A stretch of DNA of 64,000 bases, from positions 30,602 to 94,601 of the forward strand of contig JBBRUX010000008.1 of assembly GCA_038247415.1 (NCBI GenBank), written 5' to 3'. The position numbers and the translations under genes were made by a program. Shown in pieces: positions 53,403 through 64,000 of the stretch (positions within the stretch are counted from its first letter, which is position 1; each line of letters opens with the position of its first letter). A model generated the notes under the pieces. It was not told the origin of the DNA, did not search any database, and saw only the letters and a program-made list of their open reading frames with translations. Origin of the DNA: Chitinivibrionales bacterium (GTDB lineage Bacteria; Fibrobacterota; Chitinivibrionia; Chitinivibrionales; WJKA01).

Positions 53403-54389
53403 ATGATACATGATATTGATCGCAAGCCAACAATAAAAAATGCCTGGAGAATTACGCGCGATAGAGACAAAACTTGTTTGCGCATTCGTGTTCCCGGTGG
53501 CCATCTTAAAACACGCTATCTGGCACTTATTCAAACAATTGCAGACACATATGGCAATGGGACTCTGCATTTGACAACCCGTCAAGGATTTGAAATCCCG
53601 GGCATTAAATGGGAACATCGCGAGGCAATTAATGCACTTCTAAAGCCTCTGGTTACCGAACTTGCCGGCAGCGATATCGCTTTGCAGGGTGGGTATCCTG
53701 CAGCAGGAACGCGCAATATATCTGCATGTATTGGTAGCAGAGTATGCCCTTTTGCAAATGATGATACAACCCGCATTGCACTGGAAATAGAGCATGCGAT
53801 ATATCCGCATGATTTTCATTTTAAAGTTGCTGTTACGGGGTGCCCTAACGATTGTATCAAGGCTCATATGCAAGATTTTGGTATTATCTGCATGACCCTT
53901 CCGCAGTATAATCAGGAGCGTTGTATAAGTTGCAGCGCCTGCGTGGATGTATGCAAAAAAAAGGTTACTAATGCATTGTCAATAGAAAATTTTGATGTTG
54001 TGCGCAATCCAGCCCGATGTATAGGCTGTGGCGAATGCGTTCTTGTGTGTCCGAGCAGAGCCATGACGCGTCATGAAACTCATTTTTATCGATTAGTTAT
54101 TATGGGCAGAACCGGCAAAAAAAATCCTCGAATTGCCGCCACGTTTCTTAAATGGGCAACACTCGATGTTGTTACATCCGTTATTAAAAATACGTATGAA
54201 TTTGTCGATAGATACATCGACAGAACGATTGCGAAAGAACATATTGGTTATATTGTCGATCGTCAGGGATTTTCTGTTTTTATGGAAGAGGTTTTGCGCA
54301 ATGTAAATCTTAATTCCGACATTAAAATCGCTTCTGACTTGACCTGGTCGGGGTATCGGTATGCAGATGATGAAACTCTTTTAGTATAG
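53403..54389 (+). CDS. asrC: Anaerobic sulfite reductase subunit C (siroheme/[4Fe-4S] catalytic subunit)
   Basis: The ATG at 53403 gives MIHDIDRKPTIKNAWRITRDRDKTCLRIRVPGGHL...GNGTLHLTTRQ, collinear with Salmonella AsrC as I recall it. Two ferredoxin motifs, CISCSACVDVC and CIGCGECVLVCP, are inserted. Confidence 0.9.
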   Translation: MIHDIDRKPTIKNAWRITRDRDKTCLRIRVPGGHLKTRYLALIQTIADTYGNGTLHLTTRQGFEIPGIKWEHREAINALLKPLVTELAGSDIALQGGYPAAGTRNISACIGSRVCPFANDDTTRIALEIEHAIYPHDFHFKVAVTGCPNDCIKAHMQDFGIICMTLPQYNQERCISCSACVDVCKKKVTNALSIENFDVVRNPARCIGCGECVLVCPSRAMTRHETHFYRLVIMGRTGKKNPRIAATFLKWATLDVVTSVIKNTYEFVDRYIDRTIAKEHIGYIVDRQGFSVFMEEVLRNVNLNSDIKIASDLTWSGYRYADDETLLV

Positions 54390-54404
54390 TGTTGGGAGGC
54401 TTTT

Positions 54405-54863
54405 GTGCAGGAAATATTTGGTCTTGATGATTTATTGCATACTCTTGTTTCGCTTGAGGAATTGGGCAACAAACTGTACATTGCCTTGGCAGAAAAAACA
54501 TCCGATGCAAAGGCAAAAAGCTTATTTAGTTTTCTTTCAGAACAAGAAAACATGCACCGCGAGCGCTATAGCGCTATGCTTGATAAACACGAAATGACTC
54601 TACCCGATGATTCCGATTATTCGAGCTATATAAAGGTACTTGTCGAGTCTACCTTCAGTTTGCTCCAGGTAACCCCGGGTGAAAAAACAGTTGCCGAAGC
54701 TTTGTCTATTGGTATGCAACTCGAAAAAGAAACGATACTTTTTTTAAGCGAGATTTGTGCAATGGTTGGTGCAATACAATCAAAGCCTTTACAAGATATT
54801 ATCCTTCAAGAGCGGGGGCATTTGAGGATTCTTGTTGAATTTAGCCAGAAACATAAAATGTAA
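54405..54863 (+). CDS. Ferritin-like/rubrerythrin-like four-helix protein
   Basis: A GTG start is preceded by gggagg. Helical Glu-rich pairs are present (LEELGNKLY...EQENMHRE and LEKETILFL...ERGHL). The assignment is weak. Confidence 0.45.
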   Translation: MQEIFGLDDLLHTLVSLEELGNKLYIALAEKTSDAKAKSLFSFLSEQENMHRERYSAMLDKHEMTLPDDSDYSSYIKVLVESTFSLLQVTPGEKTVAEALSIGMQLEKETILFLSEICAMVGAIQSKPLQDIILQERGHLRILVEFSQKHKM

Positions 54864-55139
54864 GACAAGGTTTTTTTTGATCAAGCTTTAAATGATTCGC
54901 TTGGGAGTCCTTATAATAGAGCTCTTATAAATCTTGAATTTGGGCAACCTTATACTATATCTCTTGTAAATTCAGAATCTGGGCGCCACGGTTGCCACCC
55001 TTCCTTATGGCGCCCGAAGGTGTGAGGCCTGACAGCGAAGCTGGGACGCCCAAAATCTTACTGAGTAATTCTTGGAAAAACCAATAAAAGTCCCCCTATT
55101 TTTGAACTTATCCCCCTCCATACTGTATATTTGAACAGT

Positions 55140-57224
55140 ATGCAAGAATATCTAAAAACCCTCAATCCAGAGCAATTAGACGCGGTCACGTATGGTGTGA
55201 CGGCTGATTCGATTATTGGGGGACCGTTGCTTATTATAGCGGGGGCGGGGAGTGGGAAAACCAATACGCTCGCATATCGAGTTGCGCATCTGATTAATTC
55301 TGGTGCCGATCCGCAAAAAATAGCACTCCTTACATTTACCCGCAGAGCCGCCGAAGAAATGACGCGGAGGGCAACAAAAATTCTTGTGCTTGCTCAAAAA
55401 GCCGCCGAGAATTCCGACAAACCTAAGCCGTCAATAACCGCAACGCTTTCTTGGGCTGGAACCTTTCACTCGATTGCAAATCGGCTTTTGCGTATGTATG
55501 CCGATCAGATCGGTTTGGATCAATCGTTTACTGTTTTGGATAGATCCGATGCGGGCGATCTTATGAATAAGCTTCGTCATGACCTGGGGTTTGCAAAAAC
55601 GAATGCCCGATTTCCCAAAAAAGATACCTGCTTAGACATTTACTCGTATAGTGTAAATGCTCAGTGCACACTCGATAACGCTTTAAAAGATGTGTATCCG
55701 TGGTGCTATGCTTGGGAGAAAGAACTGAAGGTTCTTTTTAAGAAATATGCCGATACCAAAAAAGCAATGAATATCATGGATTACGACGATCTTTTGCTGT
55801 ATTGGTATTTTATGATGCAGCAGCCTTCTATTGCTATCTCTGTAGGTAAACGATTTGATCATATTCTTATAGACGAATATCAGGATACGAATACCTTGCA
55901 AGCTGGCATAGTAAAGGGAATCAAGCCCGATGGTATGGGGGTTACGGTGGTTGGCGATGATGCGCAATCTATTTATTCGTTTAGGTCGGCATCGGTAAAA
56001 AACATTCTGGAATTTGATACTCACTATTCTCCTCATGCGCATCGAGTAACGCTCGAAAAAAATTATCGGTCAACCGTGCCCATCCTCGATGCTTCCAATG
56101 CTGTGATGGGTGCTGCAAAGCATCGGTTTACTAAGAATCTTTTTTCCGAAAAGCAATCGTTTGAAAAGCCCTATCTTACCACAACAGAAGATGAGTCGTT
56201 TCAGGCAGAGCATGTTGCCATAAAGATTTTAGAATACCGCGAAACGGGGATACCTCTCAAAGACCAGGCCGTATTATTTCGATCGTCGCATCATAGTGCG
56301 CTGCTCGAAGTTGAACTTGGCAAAAGGAATATTCCTTTTATTAAATTTGGGGGGCTAAAATTTTTAGAATCGGCCCATATAAAAGATGTGGTATCTGCAC
56401 TGCGATGGGCAGAAAACCCTAAAGATGCAATCGCCTCATTTCGTGTTTTACAAATTCTAGAAGGCATTGGACCTGCGGCTGCCATGAAGATCCTTTCGTT
56501 TTTAGAGTCGCATAGTTTTGATGTTGCAATGCTTATTACTCTTGTTCCGCCATCTGCTACTCAAAACAGTTGGCCTGCGCTGTGTAAACTTCTTGCATTG
56601 TTGCGAAATGCGGCCACGCCCTGGATAGGACAGGTTGAGCTTGTTAGGCAGTGGTATGCACCGCATTTAGAGAGGATTCATGGGGCGAATCCTTCTCGTT
56701 TAAAAGATCTCGACCAACTCGTTGCAATTTCGGCAACATTTCCGACCCGGGAAAAATTTCTTTCTGAGTTGTCGCTTAATCCACCCGATGTGACAAGCGA
56801 TGAAGCCGACGACCCACTTTTGGACGAAGATTATTTGATATTGTCAACAATCCATTCTGCAAAAGGTCAGGAGTGGAAAACGGTGTTTATACTTAACGTG
56901 TGCGATGGGATGATTCCCTCGGATATGGCCACAAAAAACGAGGAACAGATAGAAGAAGAACGAAGGCTTTTGTATGTGGCAATGACCCGTGCCAAAGACC
57001 ATCTTCACTTAAGTTATCCATCGCGATTTTATAGCTATGGATTTAAACATGTGCGTGCAGATAGAAATGCCTATGCTATAAGGTCAAGATTTATCACGAA
57101 CGAAATGCTCCCGTTTTTTAATCAAGATTCGTATGGCAGAGAGGTAAACCAAGATATTCAAGACGCACAGGGTGGGAAATCGAGCGTGGATATTTCGGCT
57201 TTGGTGAGTGGAATGTGGGATTAG
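55140..57224 (+). CDS. UvrD/PcrA/Rep-family ATP-dependent DNA helicase
   Basis: The start is set at the ATG at 55140; the track TTG is at 55131. Motifs present are LNPEQLDAV, Walker A AGAGSGKTN, DEYQDTN, VGDDAQSIYSFR, NYRS and TIHSAKGQEW. Confidence 0.9.
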   Translation: MQEYLKTLNPEQLDAVTYGVTADSIIGGPLLIIAGAGSGKTNTLAYRVAHLINSGADPQKIALLTFTRRAAEEMTRRATKILVLAQKAAENSDKPKPSITATLSWAGTFHSIANRLLRMYADQIGLDQSFTVLDRSDAGDLMNKLRHDLGFAKTNARFPKKDTCLDIYSYSVNAQCTLDNALKDVYPWCYAWEKELKVLFKKYADTKKAMNIMDYDDLLLYWYFMMQQPSIAISVGKRFDHILIDEYQDTNTLQAGIVKGIKPDGMGVTVVGDDAQSIYSFRSASVKNILEFDTHYSPHAHRVTLEKNYRSTVPILDASNAVMGAAKHRFTKNLFSEKQSFEKPYLTTTEDESFQAEHVAIKILEYRETGIPLKDQAVLFRSSHHSALLEVELGKRNIPFIKFGGLKFLESAHIKDVVSALRWAENPKDAIASFRVLQILEGIGPAAAMKILSFLESHSFDVAMLITLVPPSATQNSWPALCKLLALLRNAATPWIGQVELVRQWYAPHLERIHGANPSRLKDLDQLVAISATFPTREKFLSELSLNPPDVTSDEADDPLLDEDYLILSTIHSAKGQEWKTVFILNVCDGMIPSDMATKNEEQIEEERRLLYVAMTRAKDHLHLSYPSRFYSYGFKHVRADRNAYAIRSRFITNEMLPFFNQDSYGREVNQDIQDAQGGKSSVDISALVSGMWD

Positions 57225-57229
57225 GGTAA

Positions 57230-59423
<2,194 letters not shown>

Positions 59424-59432
59424 GGACGTGAC

Positions 59433-59840
59433 ATGGGTGGAATTGATGAAATTCTTGAGCATCTCAATAAGCATGGAACCATTTCCAAAGATGCACAAGG
59501 TGAGGGCCGCGCAAAAAAACAGTCCAAACCTCTCACGCGCAATCGCGCTTCTACGCGCCAAACTATCGATCTCCATGGATTGACAGAAGATAAAGCAATC
59601 GTGCAACTTCGCAATGCAGTGCATGCGGCTTCCCGAAACGGTGTTTCGGAGCTTTTGGTTATTCATGGGTATGGTTTACATTCCGATCCTGTGAATGGGC
59701 CCGTTCTAAAAAGAATGGTAGGAATAATGCTTGAAAATGAACTGGCACACCATGTGAAAGAATATATTCCAGCACCTGCCCGCGATGGGGGAATGGGTGC
59801 AACACTTGTACGCATAAAACATCGTGCACACTGTCACTAG
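59433..59840 (+). CDS. Smr (MutS2 C-terminal-like) domain protein
   Basis: Contains IDLHGLTEDKAIVQLRNAV...ELLVIHGYG, which matches the Smr LDLHG and HG motifs. Confidence 0.8.
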   Translation: MGGIDEILEHLNKHGTISKDAQGEGRAKKQSKPLTRNRASTRQTIDLHGLTEDKAIVQLRNAVHAASRNGVSELLVIHGYGLHSDPVNGPVLKRMVGIMLENELAHHVKEYIPAPARDGGMGATLVRIKHRAHCH

Positions 59841-59849
59841 AAAATCATT

Positions 59850-60848
59850 ATGCAGGTATTATTAATTCGTTTTTCTTCGATGGGGGATGTTGTATTAGCG
59901 TCCGCGGTAGTATCATGGTTTTCGAGGCACCAGCCCGATGCAGACATTACTCTTTGCACGCGCAAAGATTATATCCTTTTTTTTGAAAACGACGCGCGCA
60001 TTCGCACGGTTGTTGCCTACGAAGAAATACTGCTCTCCGAAAACACAGCGAAGCTACGCGATATTGCCTGGGATCAGATTATAGATCTCCAAAATAATCA
60101 TGCGTCAAACCGATTATGCAAAACCCTCACCTGTACCGGGCACATCTCCCGCTTTGATAAGCTTCATTGGCTTCGCTTTTGTTTACTATATGTGCGGCTC
60201 GATTTTTATAAAAGCGCTCCCAATGTTTTGCAGCGGTATGGTGCTGCCGCGAATATCCCCACCCAAGCAGTGCTACAACCAACTATCTACCTCGACACAT
60301 CTGAGCATTTGCCGGGAATATTTACTCATTGGCATGTTGCATCAAATCCGCTTCTGGTTCTTATTCCTTTTACTGCATGGAAGAATAAGGAATGGCCTCT
60401 GGAATATTTTGCAAGCGTTGGTAAAACGTTTGCCGACAAAGGATACCAGATTGCTCTTCTTGGGAGTAAATGTGAACAGGATAAAGCACTTCAGCTTGCC
60501 CGACTTATTGGATCTGCATGCAAATCATTTGCCGGTGAACTATCTCTCATGCAATGCGCCAAACTTATGGCGACTGCAACTATTGGCCTTGGCGGGGATA
60601 CCGGTCTTGTGCATTTAGGCAGGGCTGTAGGTTTACGATGCGGAGTAGTTTACGGATCTACAACCCGGCACTTCGGCTTTTTCCCAACAGGCCTTCCAGA
60701 AGGCGCTATTTTTGAAACCCCTCTAATCTGCCGGCCTTGTCATCCGCACGGCGGGGATTTCTGTATTCGACTCAAACGGCCATGCCTTGGCAAAATTTCC
60801 CCTCAAATCGTTACTGAAGGACTTGTTGCTCTTGCTGCCTTGAGGTAA
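59850..60848 (+). CDS. Glycosyltransferase family 9 (LPS heptosyltransferase-like)
   Basis: Has the N-terminus MQVLLIRFSSMGDVVLAS and the C-terminal GGDTGLVHLG block. Length is 332 aa. Confidence 0.85.
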   Translation: MQVLLIRFSSMGDVVLASAVVSWFSRHQPDADITLCTRKDYILFFENDARIRTVVAYEEILLSENTAKLRDIAWDQIIDLQNNHASNRLCKTLTCTGHISRFDKLHWLRFCLLYVRLDFYKSAPNVLQRYGAAANIPTQAVLQPTIYLDTSEHLPGIFTHWHVASNPLLVLIPFTAWKNKEWPLEYFASVGKTFADKGYQIALLGSKCEQDKALQLARLIGSACKSFAGELSLMQCAKLMATATIGLGGDTGLVHLGRAVGLRCGVVYGSTTRHFGFFPTGLPEGAIFETPLICRPCHPHGGDFCIRLKRPCLGKISPQIVTEGLVALAALR

Positions 60849-61361
60849 AGCTATCCAGCCTATATCGTAGTATCTTTGTTTCAATCCAATCAAGATCGCT
60901 TTTTTTTCTGCCTATTGACATAAAATTGGGATGTGCTTCTTACTCAGGGAGGCAAGGTTTAATAAATTGTATACATGAGGATAATTGATGTAATTTACTT
61001 TTATGGATATAATTAGGTGACAGAGCATTGCGGTGCCAAAAATAGGATAAAAAGGGCAGTTGTTATAGCACACTGCTGGGCATTTGTATTAAATGGGGTA
61101 GGATATCAAGCGATGCGAACATTGTCTGAACACCCCGGTGGGCGCCCGAAGGAAGTACTCTTGGGGTATGTTCCGCTGCGTCGCACGATTTACTTGATTA
61201 CAGGATGGACACGATTAAGAGTATATCAATTTAAGTTCTAATCCTGTTAATCTAAAAATCCTGAAATCGTGTTTAGACAATGAGGTTATGCAGGAATATT
61301 CTTCCAGTCCTAGTATAGTCTTCAAAGTAGTTTCATTAGGATACAAAAAAAGGACAGCACA

Positions 61362-61703
61362 ATGGGATTAAAGGCATTAATTAGTGGAAAAGCCATTAAG
61401 GTATACATAAACGCCAAATATCTTAAAGGAATAGGCAAAATGTCAAGTATTGACATTGATAGCGTACAGAAGGTGATCCGATGTTCATTTGATCTTGAGG
61501 GAGAAAAAGAACCTATTGATGCAGAAATTGCGTATAGTTTAGACCGAACTGGTACAAAGGGTATTACGCTCAACATTGAACATATAAAAGCATCAAGGTT
61601 GTGGATTGAAGAATTGTTCAACAATTTTGTTCCCAAAAGCAAACGTATTATTCCATTGCTAGAGCCTCTCGCAACAGTCGTTAATGCTACTCATGTGCTC
61701 TGA
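61362..61703 (+). CDS. Hypothetical small protein
   Basis: A 113-aa ORF in a gene-poor patch with no recognised motif. An antisense ORF of similar length overlaps it, so coding status is uncertain. Confidence 0.3.
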   Translation: MGLKALISGKAIKVYINAKYLKGIGKMSSIDIDSVQKVIRCSFDLEGEKEPIDAEIAYSLDRTGTKGITLNIEHIKASRLWIEELFNNFVPKSKRIIPLLEPLATVVNATHVL

Positions 61704-61852
61704 TTTCTTGGTCTCTATTTTACAAATATGAAGCGATGTATCAGATACTCCACAAAAGCTATTGATTTTTCATACCCTAAAGTATAATGAATATGGAAAC
61801 GCTATCTTCATATTCGGTTCAAATTAGGAATTACCAACTCCATACATAGTGA

Positions 61853-62707
61853 TCTCTGCGCATAATTAAACGGTACTTTTCACAACCTGGCCTGAGTTTT
61901 TTCCTATTTGGCCCTCGCGGAACCGGGAAATCCACATGGTTACGGCACACCTATCCGAATGCGATGGCGATCAATTTATTGGAGGCTGATACGGTGCGGG
62001 AATATTCCGCGCGTCCCGAAAGGTTGGTTGCGGCAATTGGCGCACACCCCGAATCGCGGACTATTATTATTGATGAAATTCAAAGGGAGCCCAAACTTCT
62101 TTCCGTGGCTCATCAGCTGATCGAAGAACATCCTGGCACCCAGCTTATTCTTACTTGGTCAAGCGCCAGAAAACTCAAGCGCTCGGGTGTTGGCCTGCTT
62201 GCAGGACGCGCGCTCAACAAGTTTATGCATCCCTTTATGGCGTCTGAGCTTGGCGATGCGTTCGATTTGCAAGCGGCGCTTCTTCAGGGGCTGGTTCCTA
62301 TTGTTGTTGCTGCGCTAGATCAGGCGGAAGTGCTGAAAACCTATATTGATATTTACATAAAAGAAGAAGTGAAATCCGAAGGACTGGTAGCCCAACACCT
62401 TCGTGCATGGTTAGAGTATAGTGGAAACAACGCGACAATGCACTACTGGCGAACACCCGCGGGCAATGAAGTTAATTTTGTGATCTACGGAGAGGAATGT
62501 TTCTATGCGCTTGAAGTCAAAGCCTCTGACCGGATTAAACCGCAGGATATGAAAGCACTGCATGCTTTTAAAAATGATTATCCGCAGTGTACCCCCGTAC
62601 TGATTTACATGGGAAAAGAACGATTTCTTGTCAATGGGGTACTCTGTGTTCCCTGTAGAGACTTTCTGCTTTCGATTGTGCCGGGAAAAAAACTGGTACC
62701 AGTGTAG
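61853..62707 (+). pseudogene. Degenerate AAA ATPase (AAA_14/DUF4143-type) remnant
   Basis: The reading frame is open from 61853 and encodes Walker A FFLFGPRGTGKST, but no ATG, GTG or TTG precedes it. The first ATG, at 61964, is downstream of the P-loop. Walker B IIIDEIQ is present. The segment between EEVKSEGLV and HYWRTPAGNEVNFVI is far shorter than I expect for this family, which suggests an internal deletion of most of the DUF4143 core. Confidence 0.55.
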
Positions 62708-63059
62708 CCCTGTTAGTCAATGAACAATGAAATGATAGGTGCTGCTTCAAGTATTTCCCTTTAGCGAAGAGCCGTAAGGGAGTATCGCGAGATGCCCTTA
62801 TTGCAATACGCCCTTACAGGACACATCCGTCGGTGTGACACAAACCAAGCAAAATCCTTCTCAATCAGAGAATAAAATCTACTAATTGAGAAAAATCCAA
62901 CAATTAAAGTTGTAAATCCCCCTAAAACACTCGCATATCCCTTTAAAAAATGATAAATAGGTTTTGGAAACATTGGCACTCCCTTTGCAATAGTTACATG
63001 TATTGGAACTGATCTAACCGTAGATCTTGGTAATAGTGTTTTTTGCAAGGAGAATTTGT

Positions 63060-63632
63060 ATGGGTCATATACTGCCCGATTTACCGTATAGCAAGTCTGC
63101 GCTGGCTCCGTATATTTCGGAGGAAACAATCGAATTTCATTATGGTAAACATCATAATGCGTATGTCACAAACCTTAATAAGCTTATTGTGGGCACAGAG
63201 TTTGAAAATGCGAAGCTCGAGGATATCTGCGCAAAGGCAAAGGGTCCCATTTTTAACAATGCTGCGCAGCATTGGAATCATATCATGTATTGGAAGTGTA
63301 TGATCCCGGGAGGTAGTGGAGAACCATCGGGCAAAACAGGTGATTTGATTACCAAGAATTTTGGATCTTTTGCGCAATTTAAAGAGAAGTTTATTGCTAC
63401 AGCGCTAACCCATTTTGGATCGGGATGGGCTTGGCTTGTCAAGAAAGACGATGTGCTGACAATAGAAAATACGATTAATGCTGCGATGCCTTTTGAAGAT
63501 GGCAAAAAACCAATTTTAGCGTGTGATATCTGGGAGCACTCTTATTATATCGATTATCGGAATAATAGAGGCGCCTATCTTGAGTCGTTTTTGAAGGTTG
63601 TAAACTGGAATCATGTTGAGAGTCTTGTCTAA
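63060..63632 (+). CDS. sodB: Iron superoxide dismutase
   Basis: The ATG at 63060 has aaggaga upstream. The product MGHILPDLPYSKSALAPYISEETIEFHYGKHHNAYVTNLN...AAQHWNH...DIWEHSYYIDYRN is closely collinear with E. coli SodB. Confidence 0.95.
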   Translation: MGHILPDLPYSKSALAPYISEETIEFHYGKHHNAYVTNLNKLIVGTEFENAKLEDICAKAKGPIFNNAAQHWNHIMYWKCMIPGGSGEPSGKTGDLITKNFGSFAQFKEKFIATALTHFGSGWAWLVKKDDVLTIENTINAAMPFEDGKKPILACDIWEHSYYIDYRNNRGAYLESFLKVVNWNHVESLV

Positions 63633-63662
63633 TCAGAATATTGTTCTCTCTATTATTTCAAT

Positions 63663-63697
63663 GCCTGCGTAACAGCTCAGTTGCGTAGGCTTTTTTT
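63663..63697 (+). terminator. Rho-independent terminator of sodB
   Basis: GCCTGCGTAAC-agctca-GTTGCGTAGGC forms an 11-bp stem including two G-U pairs. TTTTTTT follows it. Confidence 0.7.
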
Positions 63698-63851
63698 ACA
63701 TGCCGGAAAGGGCGAGAACGGTAGAGTGGTTCCTTGTGCAGTGGATTGTGGAGTTTCTGCTAAAAAGGTATAGAGTCTTTTGGCAGGATCGGAAAATGTT
63801 GCGTCGGTGAAAGGATGTTTTTAAAAATGCTTTAAATGAGTATGCATACAA

Positions 63852-63888
63852 TGAAAAAGGCTCCCAAACAAATACGTTTGAGAGCCTT
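63852..63888 (-). terminator. Rho-independent terminator for a minus-strand gene entering from the right edge
   Basis: The minus strand reads AAGGCTCTCAAAC-gtattt-GTTTGGGAGCCTT, a 13-bp stem with one G-U pair, followed by TTTTTCAT. No complete upstream gene is visible in the window. Confidence 0.4.
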
Positions 63889-64000
63889 TGAATAAGCTGC
63901 TGAATACATCGAAAAATCAAACTTCCATTAGTTCCTTATGGATTACTTCCAGGTATTCTCATTACCAGTGCAGATGATACAGAACCATGGGAATCTATAA

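Noticed and set aside
55009-55020. The 12-mer ggcgcccgaagg is repeated at 55009..55020 and 61141..61152. I considered it as a shared RNA motif or a dispersed repeat.
   Set aside because: Identity does not extend beyond 12 nt. Exact 12-mer coincidences are expected by chance many times in a 64-kb window.
61240-61268. An AATC-rich stretch (AATC at 61240, 61249, 61257 and 61265) that resembles the TGATT x4 element of the rSAM cassettes.
   Set aside because: The spacing is irregular (9, 8 and 8 nt). Its orientation relative to the nearest downstream ORF is opposite. There is no extended identity to the 35-mer, and the background is AT-rich. It is probably coincidence.
62761-63129. A 122-aa minus-strand ORF overlapping the sodB start. 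Also the 74-aa ORF at 63696..63920.
   Set aside because: There is no motif and no RBS. The first overlaps the sodB start and RBS. The second spans the predicted terminator hairpin at 63852..63888. Both are likely non-coding.

Overview
This is a dense, mostly housekeeping chromosomal segment from a flagellated, probably anaerobic Gram-negative bacterium with moderate GC by eye. The lineage is uncertain. A fibro-slime/PA14-like motif in one surface protein hints at a Fibrobacterota/FCB-type organism, but that is speculation. I recognised no rRNA, tRNA, CRISPR array, transposase or integrase.

About 60 protein genes are supportable:
- Core functions: ychF, era, lepA, recN, nadK, birA-coaX, nifU, tgt, sodB, a UvrD-like helicase, an MsbA-like ABC exporter and a PBP transpeptidase.
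- A trpB-trpA-chorismate mutase-tyrA-aroA-like operon.
- A four-gene minor-pilin (pseudopilin) operon.
- A GT4-GT2-UPF0104-GT4-SDR glycoconjugate cluster.
- A late flagellar block (flgJ-like, flgN, flgK, flgL, flagellin, fliW, csrA) with sigma54-type promoters.
- An anaerobic sulfite reductase island: hemerythrin-like gene, FNT channel, asrABC and a ferritin-like gene.

The most unusual items are:
1. Two diverged, tandem radical-SAM/SPASM plus small secreted protein cassettes. They share a 34/35-identical upstream element made of four TGATT units phased at exactly 9 nt, and the second enzyme copy lacks the radical-SAM cluster motif.
2. A pseudopilin operon ending in a 676-aa PilX-like protein with lectin-like and fibro-slime-like modules and an 11-nt poly-G tract inside its coding sequence.
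3. An EPSP-synthase-fold gene in which almost every catalytic or ligand residue is replaced.
4. A yeast/plant-type chorismate mutase.
5. A signal-peptidase-I homolog with both dyad residues replaced by Gln.
6. A GmaR-like GT2-TPR protein plus a MerR-like regulator next to the FliW-CsrA-flagellin module.

All family assignments come from motif reading by eye. No database search was run.
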